From positions 53,570,001-53,634,000 of the forward strand of contig NC_086097.1 in assembly GCF_963921235.1 (NCBI RefSeq): a DNA stretch of 64,000 bases. Direction: 5' to 3'. This document shows, in pieces, positions 1 through 11,625 of this stretch (position 1 is its first letter; each line of letters starts with the position of its first letter). Source of the DNA: Mobula hypostoma (Eukaryota). The notes beneath the pieces were generated by a model. The model saw only the letters and a program-made list of their open reading frames with translations. It searched no databases and was not told where the DNA came from. A program made the translations under genes and the position numbers.

Positions 1-215
1 AAGGCAGCACTGAACAATATTATTATAAGCACAAAATTAAAAGTAAAATTTCTTACTCTGAAAACAACAACGCATTTTGGATGTATTATCCCTGGACCAT
101 GCATCTATGAGATCAAGTAAACAGGAATTTATACATTTATTTTTAGATGTAAACCAGTGTTTTATCTTTTGAGTACATCTCATCCCCCCTGCCGACTGGG
201 GTGTAGGGATTCCAT
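1..215 (-). pseudogene. Probable start of env (leader-peptide region) of the foamy-like ERV
   Basis: Lies just downstream of the integrase C-terminus. Reads RCTQKIKHWFTSKNKCINSCLLDLIDAWSRDN..., then after a frameshift a hydrophobic NFVLIIILFSAA at the window edge. Positional inference. Confidence 0.4.
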
Positions 216-269
216 GGTGGACCCACGTACTGGTCTAATATAAAAGTTCCATTCATTCTGGGGGAAATA

Positions 270-2605
270 AATCCTGCTGGGGCAGGTCTGATGCTGAGGT
301 CTTATTTCTCCTCCTGGTCACGATTACCACAGTCCTATTGTTAATGACCTGGGCAATGAGACTAGACATTTCCATCTACCATGGAAACTAGGGTCAGAAT
401 TATTTTTCTGGAATTTCCTTTCTTGGATCCAGTCTCCTTTTTGAGGTTTCCAAGTTGTCTTGTCAGATCCTTTTGCTTTTTCTTGAATTCCCATAAATTC
501 TCTCAATTTTTGAGGAGAGTTGTATCAGGTGTAGGTGATGGTTGGCCTGAGTTTGTGATCAGGGTGTATTTAGGTGGACATTTTACATTAAGCAATAAGG
601 TACAACATTCTTGTATGCTCCTATTTTTGCAATGGGCTCTTTTGATTACAGACAGTTGAACTTTAGGGACAAGTGTTGCCTACTTTGCCTCCAGAGTAGA
701 GCAGTTTTGCCAGGCCTCCTGACTCTCTCAATTCCTTCACTGCGTTATGCCACTCGATTGCGGCTGGAATGGAGTGCTGTACTTGAGTTGCATTCCTGTT
801 TGTTCACACATGGCTTCGAAGCTCTTAACCCTGAAGGAAGTCTCTTGGTCTACATGTATGCAGGTGGGGTTGCCAGCACATGGGAGTACGTAGTTATGGA
901 GTGCTGTCTCTCTACAAGAAGCCGTGGAGACTAATCAAGTATATCTTTTGCAAAGACCAGTTATCACAAGAAATATACTATTAGGTTTTCGATAAGGTGG
1001 GTTGTCTTTGGCTGACAGAAATAGGCCTATATAATTAACTTCCACACCCGCGTTGGTGCAGTTGGCTTTGTTTGTCCTATAGGAGGTGGTCTTGTGACTG
1101 CTCCTTTACGATAGACCAGACATTCTTTACCATTTGCAAGAAATCGCTTACATAGTCATACTTTATTGATCCCAGGGGAAACTGGTTTTTGTTACAGTTG
1201 CACCATAGATCCTCAGCACATAAAGCCACCAATATAACATGGCTAATTCTACATGAATGTTGAGTCTAATGCCATGACTGTGTACAAATCCTTGGTGGCT
1301 TTCTCAAATCAGTGCTTCCCACTTGTGGGCATGAGGTACTTGCCTCTTATTTCTTTTAGGGCAGCAAACCCAAACATTATCTTCACCATCAGCTTCATGC
1401 TTGTACTGTGTTGGAAATCCTTTGAGATGGGTTTAATAACATCTAGGAGAATGCTTAAACATCATCGTGATTACTCTTTATTTGTTACTTAGTTACAACC
1501 AAAACCCTGGCCTCCTTTAGCGTAGTAAGGTCCATCTGGCAGCTTGTTTTGCTTCTTTATTACCATAGCTGTGTAAGAGGCTTGCAGTTTGTCCCAGGAT
1601 GTATATCACTTGTACTAATGGTCTAACCAAAATACAAACTGTAAATTCATAAATTTTCTTCCATGTGGACAAATGAAGACGGAGTTTACTACTGTGTGTC
1701 CTCCAACCAGTAGCTGACTGGATGAGAAGATCTCTTTCTACCACGTTCCTGACATAATTAAAAGTAGGACTGGTTCTGTTGCGTTCACTTGTTTTGGACA
1801 TAACTCTAGGCATTGGAACCTGATTTTGAACGACTTGAGTTGCAAGTGCATCTTTTTCTAAAACTCTTGCAACTCATGTGGTTCAGAATCCGTTTCCATT
1901 AAAAAAAAAATCCTTTTATAATCAGGAACAGGGATTATGATTGAGTGAATCCTTATTTCTGGATTTTCATTGCTGGTCCATCACAATACCATATTTGGGA
2001 ATAGGTGTTGTCTTGTAAAAGTACACGGTATCTTCCATATCTCGATATGGTAGCTCTCTGTTCATTTGTTAATAATTTGTTATCATTTTTCAAAGCTGCA
2101 ATTTCTGTTTCTATAATAATTGGCTTGTCCCTTTGCAGTGGAATACCATAGTAAGACGTCGTTTTAAGGCAGTAAGTTTCTGTTCTGTTGGGATGAGATT
2201 ATATGAGGCATAGTGTATGGAGGCTTTGTGTTTCTTCTCCCTCATTATAACAGATAGCACCAGAGATTTTTGAAGAAGCATGAATTTGCAGAAGATATTT
2301 TCTTAGGTCTCTTGTCCGGAGGTCTATTGCTTGCTGAATTGCATTCATCAATTTCTTTAGTGTCTCATAATCTTCTGGGGTAAAAACAAAAGGCTTTCAT
2401 TGTTATGGTTTATCACTGCACTATAATGGTTTAACAATGGGGTATCATCAGGTATGAAAGCTCCAGCATAATTCAATTGGCCTAGGGCTGATTGTAAGGC
2501 TTTTAGGGTCTTTGGATATCCTACTCATGTGACTTTTTGTTTAAATTCAGGGGTTAAACCACGTACCTCTTCGGTAATTTTCATACCTAGGAAATGTAAG
2601 ATTTT
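270..2605 (-). pseudogene. pol: Foamy-like pol remnant (RT thumb/connection, RNase H, integrase); protease and RT palm not seen
   Basis: FLGMKITEEVRGLTPEFKQKV..YPKTLKALQSALGQLNYAGAFIP (foamy FLGFNITKEGRGLTDTFKTKL..PPKDLKQLQSILGLLNFARNFIP); IHYASYNLIPTEQKLTALK; RNase H in ORF 1517..1813 (LHLSTWKKIYE..HSYGNKEAKQAA); IN KGFPTQYKHEADG, YWW, IHVDQ, YSTPFQPQSSG (749-781), WKPQKGDWIQER, VINNRTVVI. Confidence 0.88.
1151..1208 (-). mobile_element. Tiny 5'-truncated LINE 3' tail inserted in the ERV integrase zinc-finger region
   Basis: Minus strand reads ...tttcccctgggatcaataaagtatgactatg. catag is duplicated at 1151-1155 and 1204-1208. It separates YWW from CKRFLANGKEC. Confidence 0.55.
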
Positions 2606-2871
2606 TTAATGTTAATTACATAGTCTCTGTCTCTCACTTTCAAGTGGTGGGTGTTACTAGAAGCCACTGGCCATATCTATGCAAAATCTATATTTTACAG
2701 GTCAATTGCTGTATCAAAACGGCAGGGTCAAATTTTGCCAGAGGCATATGGCAAGATGAGACTAGGTATGCCTATATCCTATTCTTCAGCTGGAGCATGT
2801 TGATTAGAGTTGTTGCTGAAATTCTCCTCACATTAACATTAGCCTTCCCCTTCTTTACATTTTGCTTTCCT

Positions 2872-2962
2872 CTACAGGGAAGGGAGTGGATAGGATTTTA
2901 CAGGGAAAAATCCCTGTAAAAGGGAGTGGATGGGATTTTACAGGGAAGGGAGTGGATGGGGT
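2872..2962. repeat. Short imperfect tandem repeat (tacagggaagggagtggatgggattt-like, ~3 copies)
   Basis: agggagtggat and ggattttacagggaa units recur directly in the sequence. Confidence 0.7.
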
Positions 2963-3483
2963 CTCTGAATGCTCCATTTGTCCCAGAAGGAGTATTTTGG
3001 TCTAAGAATTTCTTCCGCAAGGAAAGGGAGTGGAGTTAAAGGTCACTGAATTACACCTAGTGTCCGGCCATCGAGGTTGTGAATGAGTATCCCTTCCTAA
3101 GGCAGGCGGTCTCCAGGGGACTGGTTCGGTTTGTTGAACTGCTGAGGGGCTGGAGTAGGAGAAAGATGTGAATGTGATCGAACAGAGGAATAGGGTTGGG
3201 TGATGACTTTGTTACCTCGAGGGAAAGGAGGAGGACCCAGTCTCAGCGCCTTGTTGCTCTTCAGTGGGAATGAGAGGTAATCCTGCTACCACCATGTGGG
3301 TGTGCAGGATCTCTTCAACAGCCAGACGTCATTCATGTACCGTATGTTGATTATGGTGTAGAGGCTTTCATGGGGATAAAGGTGTAACATCGCAGAATGA
3401 ACTCAGTCCCAGTCTGCCCTTGCCATTTGATCTCCAATCTTATAAGCTGTTATTAAGCCCTGGCTTTCGACTATTTTACTCAA

Positions 3484-4021
3484 TACAGTACTAAGTCCTC
3501 TACATACAGTACTGCGCACACACACACACGCACAGCTAGGGTGCCTGAGATTTTTGCACAGTACTGTATTTGTCAACATGGAGTGGAGAGCGAGTTTGTG
3601 AATCTGGCAGAAACAAAGGATGCTGGGAATGGCGTGGGCGGAGTGTGGGATGGGTGGCAGAGAAGGAGTGCCTGGGTATGGGGGGTGGTGTGGGTACAGA
3701 CACACCCAGACCTGAGACACCAGGCAAGGTAACTTGATTCCAAACTATTGTTTTATTTATTACAGGATGTCTCTGTGGTGCTTCTCACTCCCTTCCCCCT
3801 TTCCCAAGCAGGATTCCCCTCTACCTGCCCCCTTTCCCACTCTCACTCTACATTAGAGATCCATATCAACATTAGGTTTATCATCACTCACAGGTCATGA
3901 AATTTGTTTTTGTTTTGCGGCAGCAGTACAGTGAAATACGTAAACACTGCTATAGAACTTTGAAAAAGTCTGAGGCACCCTACCTATATATAAGTGCTTA
4001 AGACTTTTGCACAGTATAGTA
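3484..4021. mobile_element. Non-autonomous repeat with Tc1-like terminal motifs
   Basis: Motifs resembling Tc1 TIRs (gtgcctgagatttttgcacagtactgta; aaaagtctgaggcacc..agacttttgcacagta) at both ends. Interrupts the gag-like region. Confidence 0.4.
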
Positions 4022-4430
4022 TGTCTGCAATATTTATTTGTTTATAAATTCACACATATATCTGACATGGATTTCCACAAGGCTATTGGAAATAACATTA
4101 ATAAGAATTGCTAAATATGTTGGGCAGTATGACTGGCCCAGAAGGCAGCTAAGCTCCTGGCATTATTTCAGATCAGCCAGATGCATGGTGAATACGGCTT
4201 GCAAACTCTGAATAGTCAAAAGTTCAAAAACTTGATTGGAAGTTCGTACTGGGGAAGCTGCAGTGGCTCCCTGTACAGGAACCTGTCCCTGTATGCGTCT
4301 TTTACTGGTTATAGTCAATCTTCTTATTAATTCTAGTGAATGTTCCCAAGCTCCATTCTCCAGGCTTCATTAGTACTTCTAAACTTTACTAGTGTGGGCG
4401 CTACCTCGCGTGTGCTTGGAAGGAATACAC

Positions 4431-4670
4431 CAGCGGTCCCCACCCACCGGGCCGCGGACCGGTACCGGGCCATAAAGCGTGCTACCGGGCCGCGAGGAAA
4501 CGATATGATTTGGCGATATGAGTCAGCTGCACCTTTCCTCATTCCCTGTCACGCACTGTTGAACTTGAACACACCCCACCCCCCCCCCCCCCCCCCCCCC
4601 GTCAGCGGGTCCTCAAGAACATTGTCAATATTAAACGGGTCCGCGGTGAAAAAAAGGTTGGGGACCCCTG
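4431..4670. mobile_element. hAT (Charlie-type) MITE
   Basis: TIRs cagcggtccccacc / ggttggggacccctg; perfect 8-bp TSD gaatacac (4423-4430, 4671-4678); shares sequence with the element at 61747-62532. Confidence 0.9.
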
Positions 4671-5269
4671 GAATACACAATATCCCCATGCATCGGGATT
4701 AAGCTATGGGTCACTGGGCTCTTCATATGGTCTCCACCCAGATGCTGTTTCTATCTAAAAAAAGAACCAATTTGTAGTCTCCAGGCATGAACTATTACTA
4801 TATTGTTGATATTTTGTACAAATTGTGTTGATCTCGATCAGTAATTTTTATAGTGGTGTTTGATCTGTAATCTACATCATACTCTATGCTCTAACCCTTC
4901 ATCATTCCAGACTCTGACTTGAAGAGTAAAATATTCATCATGTTCAATCTGAGGAACAGTTGGGTATTATCCCTTATTTCTGATATCTTATTCATAATAT
5001 CGACCAGTATTTGCCTGCACAACTGCTGGAAACCAGGATGCTGACCATTTTATAGTACCAGGTAGGGTGCCGTAGCACTTGCTGAGAGCTCTCTGAGTTG
5101 GACTACAGCTAAATAATAATTCTTTCTAAAATAATACTGATATTATTTGAATTAATGTGACCATGTCAGGCACCAACTGTAGTAGAGTAGAGCTACTAGG
5201 ACTTGATGTTTCAATCCCTATGGTAAGTTGGCACTCTCGATGTTGGCAGTGGGTTTGGAGTGGTGACAA

Positions 5270-5833
5270 GGAGGGTAGATACCTCATCGGGGTCAACAGG
5301 TGGGCACCCTCCTTCTTTGACGTTTCGTTGATAAGCCCACGACGTCTCCAGAGGGCTCAACTGTGCTACCTGGCGTCCCAGATACACCCCCCCCCCCCCA
5401 GTTCCATACCCTCCTGTCTTCATCTTGCAGCCCAGTTGTTGTCTTTAGTTTTAATCCAAATCCAATTGCTGCTTCCTTCTGCTGCATTTGACAAGGATTT
5501 GGTTGCTTGTTGGAGGGAGTGACCCCTCACCCCCATCTTCTTCAATAGACTGGTCATAGATGTAGCAACGAATCCCCTGCATCCCACTTCTACAGGGAAA
5601 ATCTTGGTCTTCCAGCCATTCTGGGCAGCTTCATTTGCCAGTTCAGAGTACTTGGTCTTTTTCCTCTCATAAGCTTCTTCGACACCATCTTTCCATGGTA
5701 CTGTCAATTCCACAACATATGCCAGCTTGGCTGTTGTGGACCACAGGACCATGTCTGGCCAGAGTGTTGTAGCTGCAATGTCTGGGGGAAACACATCATA
5801 TTGGGTTTGCTGATTGCGAAGGTCTAAACTCAA
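5270..5833 (-). mobile_element. 3' fragment of a non-LTR retrotransposon with restriction-like endonuclease (HERO/NeSL/R2-like)
   Basis: ORF 5420..5833 contains PDMVLWS..YVVELTVPW..AYERKKTKY..FPVEVGCRG, a typical RLE domain. The 3' UTR boundary is approximate. Confidence 0.8.
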
Positions 5834-8800
5834 ATGATATAAACAGCCACAAGTACTTTCACTAAAGGGAGTTTATACTGTGACTACCCAATCATCAAAG
5901 ACTAGTTCCTTTCCCTGTTTATTCTACATGGTGAGTTTACCTTCCATTACCTACTATTCAAACGGTGGGTTCGCTATCCCTACTACAGAAGTTTAAAACC
6001 TAGTTCATTTATTTTCAATGGTACTTGTTTAAATCCAAACAGCACTCTAAAAAAACATTTAAAACTCACAGAGGATTTCTATCTTAAACATTTCCAAGTT
6101 ACAGACCATTTCTAAAACACAAGCCATTTCCTAAAACATAGGTACAATTCCCATAAACAAAAAAGACATACCATGATGCTGCTGAACAAGTTATCTGTTG
6201 CAGAAACCAAAGCTCGAGGAATGGATTCTCGTTCACCCCATGTTTCTTTCAGGTTTTTTCTTGATGTTCCTTATCCCATTGCTAATAAGCCTGAGCTGCT
6301 CTCTACATTTACACCCTTTCTCTAGCACTTGCATGACTTTAGACATATGATATTTCCCCAGACATCCTCTTAACGCAAACGAAGACATAGACCTCAACTA
6401 AGTCTGTAAGTGTTGTAAAACTAACTTCCTTGAGTACATAAAACCTTCTTACTATATATACATCAGTTATTGATATGCTACAAGATATCTTCCATCTGTT
6501 CTGCAACTTCCTTGAACTAAGCAACTTAAAAGTCGGCTTGGCTATTTGAAACAACACAAAGTAAATAACCCATTGTATAATATTACTCTTTGAGCAGTAA
6601 TAAAGAAGGTGCAGTTACCTACATCTTTTTTTCCCACAGAGTGTGCTATAAACAGAACTCGGTTGCTAAGCTATATTTCAACTTCAACTTGATAACTGCT
6701 TTCCATTTACATTTCAAGAACTGAAGATGAACTCCCATATACGAGCAGAAACTAAACAAACTATTAGTTGGAAGTTTACTTGCATCTGTTTTTATCTCTA
6801 CAAGTGGCAGATGCTGTGTTTAGAAAGCTGAGATTATCAAACATAAGAGAGAGGTCTACTGGCCTAGGACAGTGAACATCCATCACAATCCTACATGATG
6901 GGCCTGTCTGGAATGAGGCTCAAGTCCTTCATTAATATTACCATGAAGACAACAGTTCACCCCAACAAAGTCTTATAAGAAATTTGAATACACAAAAGTG
7001 TATCAGTGTGGAGGCTAACAAAATAAAAATGATTTAAGGAAAAAAAGACCTAAATGCAACTTGTTAATTTGCTATTTAGATTGAATAGTTTATAGAATAA
7101 CCTGCCACTTAAAATTTTGAATGCTGACTCAGCTGAAACATACACATAATAAATGAACAGATTTGGGATTCAGTTGGGAGTTAGTCAGGCTTAATGCCAA
7201 AGTACAATGTGCTGCATATACAAATAAAGGTATTTATTTAGTAATTCTGGATCCTCCAAATATTCTCCACTTCAGTTCTCAGTCAGAGGAATTTATGTTT
7301 TAAAAGTTTGGCTGCTTTGAATTATAAACTTTGCACTCTAGTAACAGCCTCTGGTGATGTGTGGGAGTTAATTTGTATTGTACAGGAATTTTGGCTTCAA
7401 AATGCAGTTTCACAAGGGAAAGAAAACGAACTACTATTTCCAAAGGAAGTAAATTGTTTGAAAAATGTGTTTGTATTTCTTATAAGCAGTTCTAAGTAGT
7501 CTTTCCATTGTACTATGGCAAAATTCTTTCAATCTTTGTCAATACTAGCTTAAAAAAAGTATCATTTATAATAAAGGAATCTGAACTTTGATTTTATGAA
7601 CTTAAGCCTGGCAGTAAGCCATTTATTTATTACTGCCAGTGTTAGAATGAAGGCCATTTGGAAAGGCCAGCTGCAACGAGCACTTGCCTTTCAACTGGCA
7701 ATGTGGTGCTCCATGGCTTCCTGCCACTCAAGCACATTAATTTCATTTGAAATTTTATTTATATTAAGATGAGTTGCAAAAATGTTTTTATGAAGGAACA
7801 ATAGAGCTCCAAACTTTCATAATTTTACAGCAAATAGGAATCTAAAATCATCCTTTTGCTTAAAGGAACAACGTTGATCTCTGTCTATTCAAGTTGAAAA
7901 CTATGTTGTGTTAGTGGACAGGGGTGAGGCAGGAAAAATCAAACTCATGGTTTAAAGTGGTAACATTACCAAAGTAACTATTCTCTTGTTCATTAATGAA
8001 ATACTAAAGCAAGAGAACAGCGCCAAGCATGTACACATTTATTATGCACTTAATGTGGTATTTTAATAATTTTGTTTACAATCATTATAAATAGCTGAGA
8101 TAATGAAATCCAGTCCAAGTACTCCTAGTTTATGGATAATACCAAACAGTGTTGATAATAACAACCAAAATGCAATAATCCAAAATAATCTGGATAGGTG
8201 AGGTTGCTGGGCAGACTGAGATTCATACATAAAAATGTAGTTTCAAAATCTAATTCTGGAATGTTAAGCCTAAGCACTCTACAGACTAAATTGGAAATCA
8301 AAAACCTCAGACTTGAATTGCTAACAGTGTTTGTCTTTTCACCGATGCTGCCTAACATTTTATATCTCACCTGGGGTTCTCTATTGCACTTTTTCCTTCC
8401 ATTAATAGAGAGGGGAGAAAAGGAATTATTAGGGCGAGTACAACATAGGAATAGAAGTCTGATTTTTGAACTTCGAAGACCTGAGACATAAAGTTGTCCA
8501 ATTTGAAAAAATGTAGTTGTAGATTATAGAAACTGAAAAAAAATGTTAATAATTATCATGTTATGGAAATACTGAGAGAAGAGAGGAAGTCCTAAAGAGA
8601 GAATTTAGAGAGCTAGTAGAAAGCTGGAAAACAGGACATCCAGGGTAACCATCTCTGGATTGCTGCTTGTTCCACATGCCAGTGAGGGCAAGAATTCTTG
8701 GCAGCTGAATATGTGTGTGTTCTTGGCAGATGAGTATGTGGCTGAGGATCTGGTGCAGGGGGCAGGGTTACAGATTTATGATCACTGGGATCTCTTCTGG

Positions 8801-9085
8801 GCAAGGTATGACCTGTACAAAAGGGACGGGCTACACTTGAGTCCAAGGGGTGGACCAATATCCCTGCAGACTGGTTTGCTAGAGCCATTGGGGAGGGTTT
8901 GAAGTAATTTGGGAACCGGAGTGATAGGGCTGAAGATAGAGATGTTGGTTTGCAAGCAGAGGTAGTGTACATTAAGACTGTCAGAAAGGGCAGGCAAATG
9001 ATAGGGCAAAGTTGCAGTCAGCGGGATGGTTGCAGTGTAAGGGTGACAAATTCAGGGCTGAAATTGTTATATTGAATGCATGTAA

Positions 9086-9403
9086 TGTTACGACATGCAC
9101 CCATCCAACCAGCTTCCGAGGTTTAAATGCTCTAACTCCCTGGAGTATGGATAGCTGGTGTGGCCCCTTTAAAGATTCAGGACTGTTCCACTAATTGGTA
9201 ATCATGTTTTGAGCTCCAAGGATTAAGCATTTAAAGAGTCCCTGAACTAAGGCTCACTGCTCAATCGTAAGCCTACTCTTGATTTCGTCTAGTATTTGTT
9301 TTGCACTCAGATTCTTGATCCAGCTTGAAGCCATGTCTTGATCCTAGCCTCGGATACTCCAGCATTTGGGTCCAAGCCATCCTTGTCAAGGACTCTCGTC
9401 ACA
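9086..9403 (+). repeat. 5' LTR of the chromovirus
   Basis: tgttacgaca...ctcgtcaca, direct repeat of 15191-15496. Confidence 0.9.
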
Positions 9404-9852
9404 GTACGGTTGAGCCAGCATGGACCCAGTGTGGTATCAGAGTCTTTCGTCCGTTGTGACCAGACGCAGTGAAGATATTGCCTGACAGAGCCTGGAGATT
9501 TTGCAAGGGGGGAGCCAGAGCTGCCTGGGAGAACCTGCAGAGGTTTGACAGTGACCCGGGTTCTTGCTACAGTTTCCTCAGCCATTGTTTGTTAGTGTTT
9601 GAGCTCCAGCCATCCCGGTTCCCTACAGGGTGCGGAAAGATGGCCTTCATCATCTGACTGGGCCACCGCTCATTGGGAACGCAGGTCAAAGATTTGCTCA
9701 GGCTCAGGGGAATTCATGGCCGCCATGAGGAAAGTGTTTCATCACCCCGCCAGAGCCAGCTGAGCCTCAGACCACCTGATGAAGGTTCAACAAGGGGGAA
9801 GTTCAGCGGCCAAATTTCAGACTGTGGCACAGGAGAGTGCCTTGGCCATGCT

Positions 9853-10279
9853 CGTTTGTCGTCGTCGTGGCTATCCCTCGAGGTCAAGGATGATGGTCGT
9901 TGTTCTGAAGAAGTGGCCCACAGAGTGAAGACGCCTGTGCGTGTATTTGTTTAACGTGTACTTGATGTTGCACTCCAAGAAGCACACGATACTTCACAAA
10001 TCAACCAACTGATTCCAATGGCATGGAAACCACGATGATTGGAGCTGATGGATTTGTTGCAGCCTTCATCCGCCTTCACAGCCGTTGAGTTCGAAGTAAC
10101 TTCATCCGCCTGTTCCACCGTTGAGGTCTTGGTTGGATTGTTCTTTGTCAGGGACCTCACCCTCAACCTTACCGCCATGGGTGACCCTACCAGGAGCATA
10201 GCTCCAGACGACATTGCTCTCGGGACCACAGGACCACACAACCTTCTCCACCGCGACAAGGTGACAATCCACAGAGAAG
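9853..10279 (-). mobile_element. Short non-autonomous retroposon, probably RTE-derived
   Basis: 10-bp TSD tggccatgct (9843-9852, 10282-10291); (gac)n tail on the minus strand; no coding domain. Family assignment from recalled RTE 5' sequence. Confidence 0.6.
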
Positions 10280-11625
10280 CCTGGCCATGCTGTACTGCCA
10301 TGGACTCAGAGATAAACTAAAGGATGTCCTTCGGTAATCTCAGATTCCAGGCCTTTATAAACAACGTGCTCTGGGATGTTCTCCATAGGTACGCTTCATC
10401 TTACTTGGATGACATCATAATTTTCTCAAAGTCCACAGAGGAGTAGATCAGTCACTTCAGAGACATCCTAAAGAGGCTTCATGATCATGGAGTTTTAGTA
10501 AAGCTGGAGAAGTCTGAATTTCACGTAACCCCTATTTCTTTTACGGGTTCATCATCTCTAATGGCAATCTCAAGATGAACCCTAGTAAGATACAGGCAGT
10601 TGGAGACTGGCCATCACCATCCATCATCCATTGTGGGATTTGCCAACTTTTATTAAAGGTTTGTCAGAAGTTTTAGCCCCGAGGTGGTTCCACTGACAGC
10701 ACTGACCAAGAGAATCTCGAGCCCTTTCGTTTGGACTACTGAGGCAGAGGCTGCTTTCGCAGAGCTCAAACAGCGGTTCCTGGCTGCTCCCAGTTTGGTT
10801 GCACCTAACCCAGACCTTCCCTTCATCATGGAAGTCAACACTTCAGACGTCAGAGTGTTTGCAGTGTTGTCTCAACGGACGCCTTCGGACAATAAACTGC
10901 ACCCGTGTCTGTTCTTTTCCAGCCGACTATCCTGGGCAGAGGTGAATAATAACATTGGGAATAGAGAGCTGCTCATGGTCAAGTTAGCTCTGGAGGAATG
11001 GCGTCTCTGACTTGAGGGGGTCAAGAACCCTTCTATCATATGGACGAACCACAAGAACCTGGCTTATATTCAGGAGGCCAAGAGACTGAATTTCAGGTAG
11101 GCAAGGTCGTCTCTTTTCTTTAAGTCCTTTAATTTAGTCCTAACTGATCGACTGGCATCTCAGAACCAGAAGCCCGATGCCTTGTCTCGTCAGTTAGACA
11201 AACCCGAACAAGGAAAGCAGCCTACCACCATTTTGCCCCAAGTGAAGGTGATAGCACCAACTTGTTGGGAGATTGACACACTTGTTTGCAGGGCTTGGGT
11301 GCAAGGGGAGATTCCTCAGAATAGCCCTTCGGGTTGGCTGTTCACTCCTAGTCTTGAATGGTCTCAGGTTCTCTGAAGGGGACCTGCATTGAGATTCACA
11401 TCTCACCCAGTGATTGCCATAACCCTCAAGTTCAATAAGAGAAGATATTGGTGACCTGGAATGGTGAGGGAGATCCGTCAATATGTGCTGGCATGCAAGG
11501 TGTGCGTTGGAACAAGGAGACCCATACCCTACCTCAAAGGCTCCTTCACCCTCTGCTTGTTCTGGAAAGACCATGGGCTCATATCTGCATGGACTTTGTC
11601 ACGGATCTTCCTCCTTCCAAGGGGA

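Larger units (their letters stand above)
2620..5050 (-). pseudogene. Probable degraded gag of the foamy-like ERV, interrupted by two DNA-transposon-derived inserts
   Basis: Coding-like Pro-rich fragments upstream of pol. The frame WGYCVFLPSTREVAPTLVKFRSTNEAWRM is restored when the 4431-4670 MITE and one TSD are removed. QIEHDEYFTLQVRVW weakly resembles foamy Gag N-terminal PLHGEVIGLRL. Confidence 0.4.
1..5100 (-). mobile_element. Degraded endogenous foamy-like retrovirus (spumavirus-related ERV), gag?-pol-env order, continuing beyond the left edge
   Basis: Manual minus-strand translation gives colinear foamy-type RT thumb, connection, RNase H and integrase, with stops and frameshifts. The upstream boundary is approximate. 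Confidence 0.85.

Noticed and set aside
4333..4702. GC-rich ORFs or CpG-island promoter
   Set aside because: Explained by the hAT MITE with an 8-bp TSD
6229..6246. Possible tRNA-Lys PBS of the foamy-like ERV (gttcaccccatgtt)
   Set aside because: Only a partial resemblance; the essential gggcgcca end is absent
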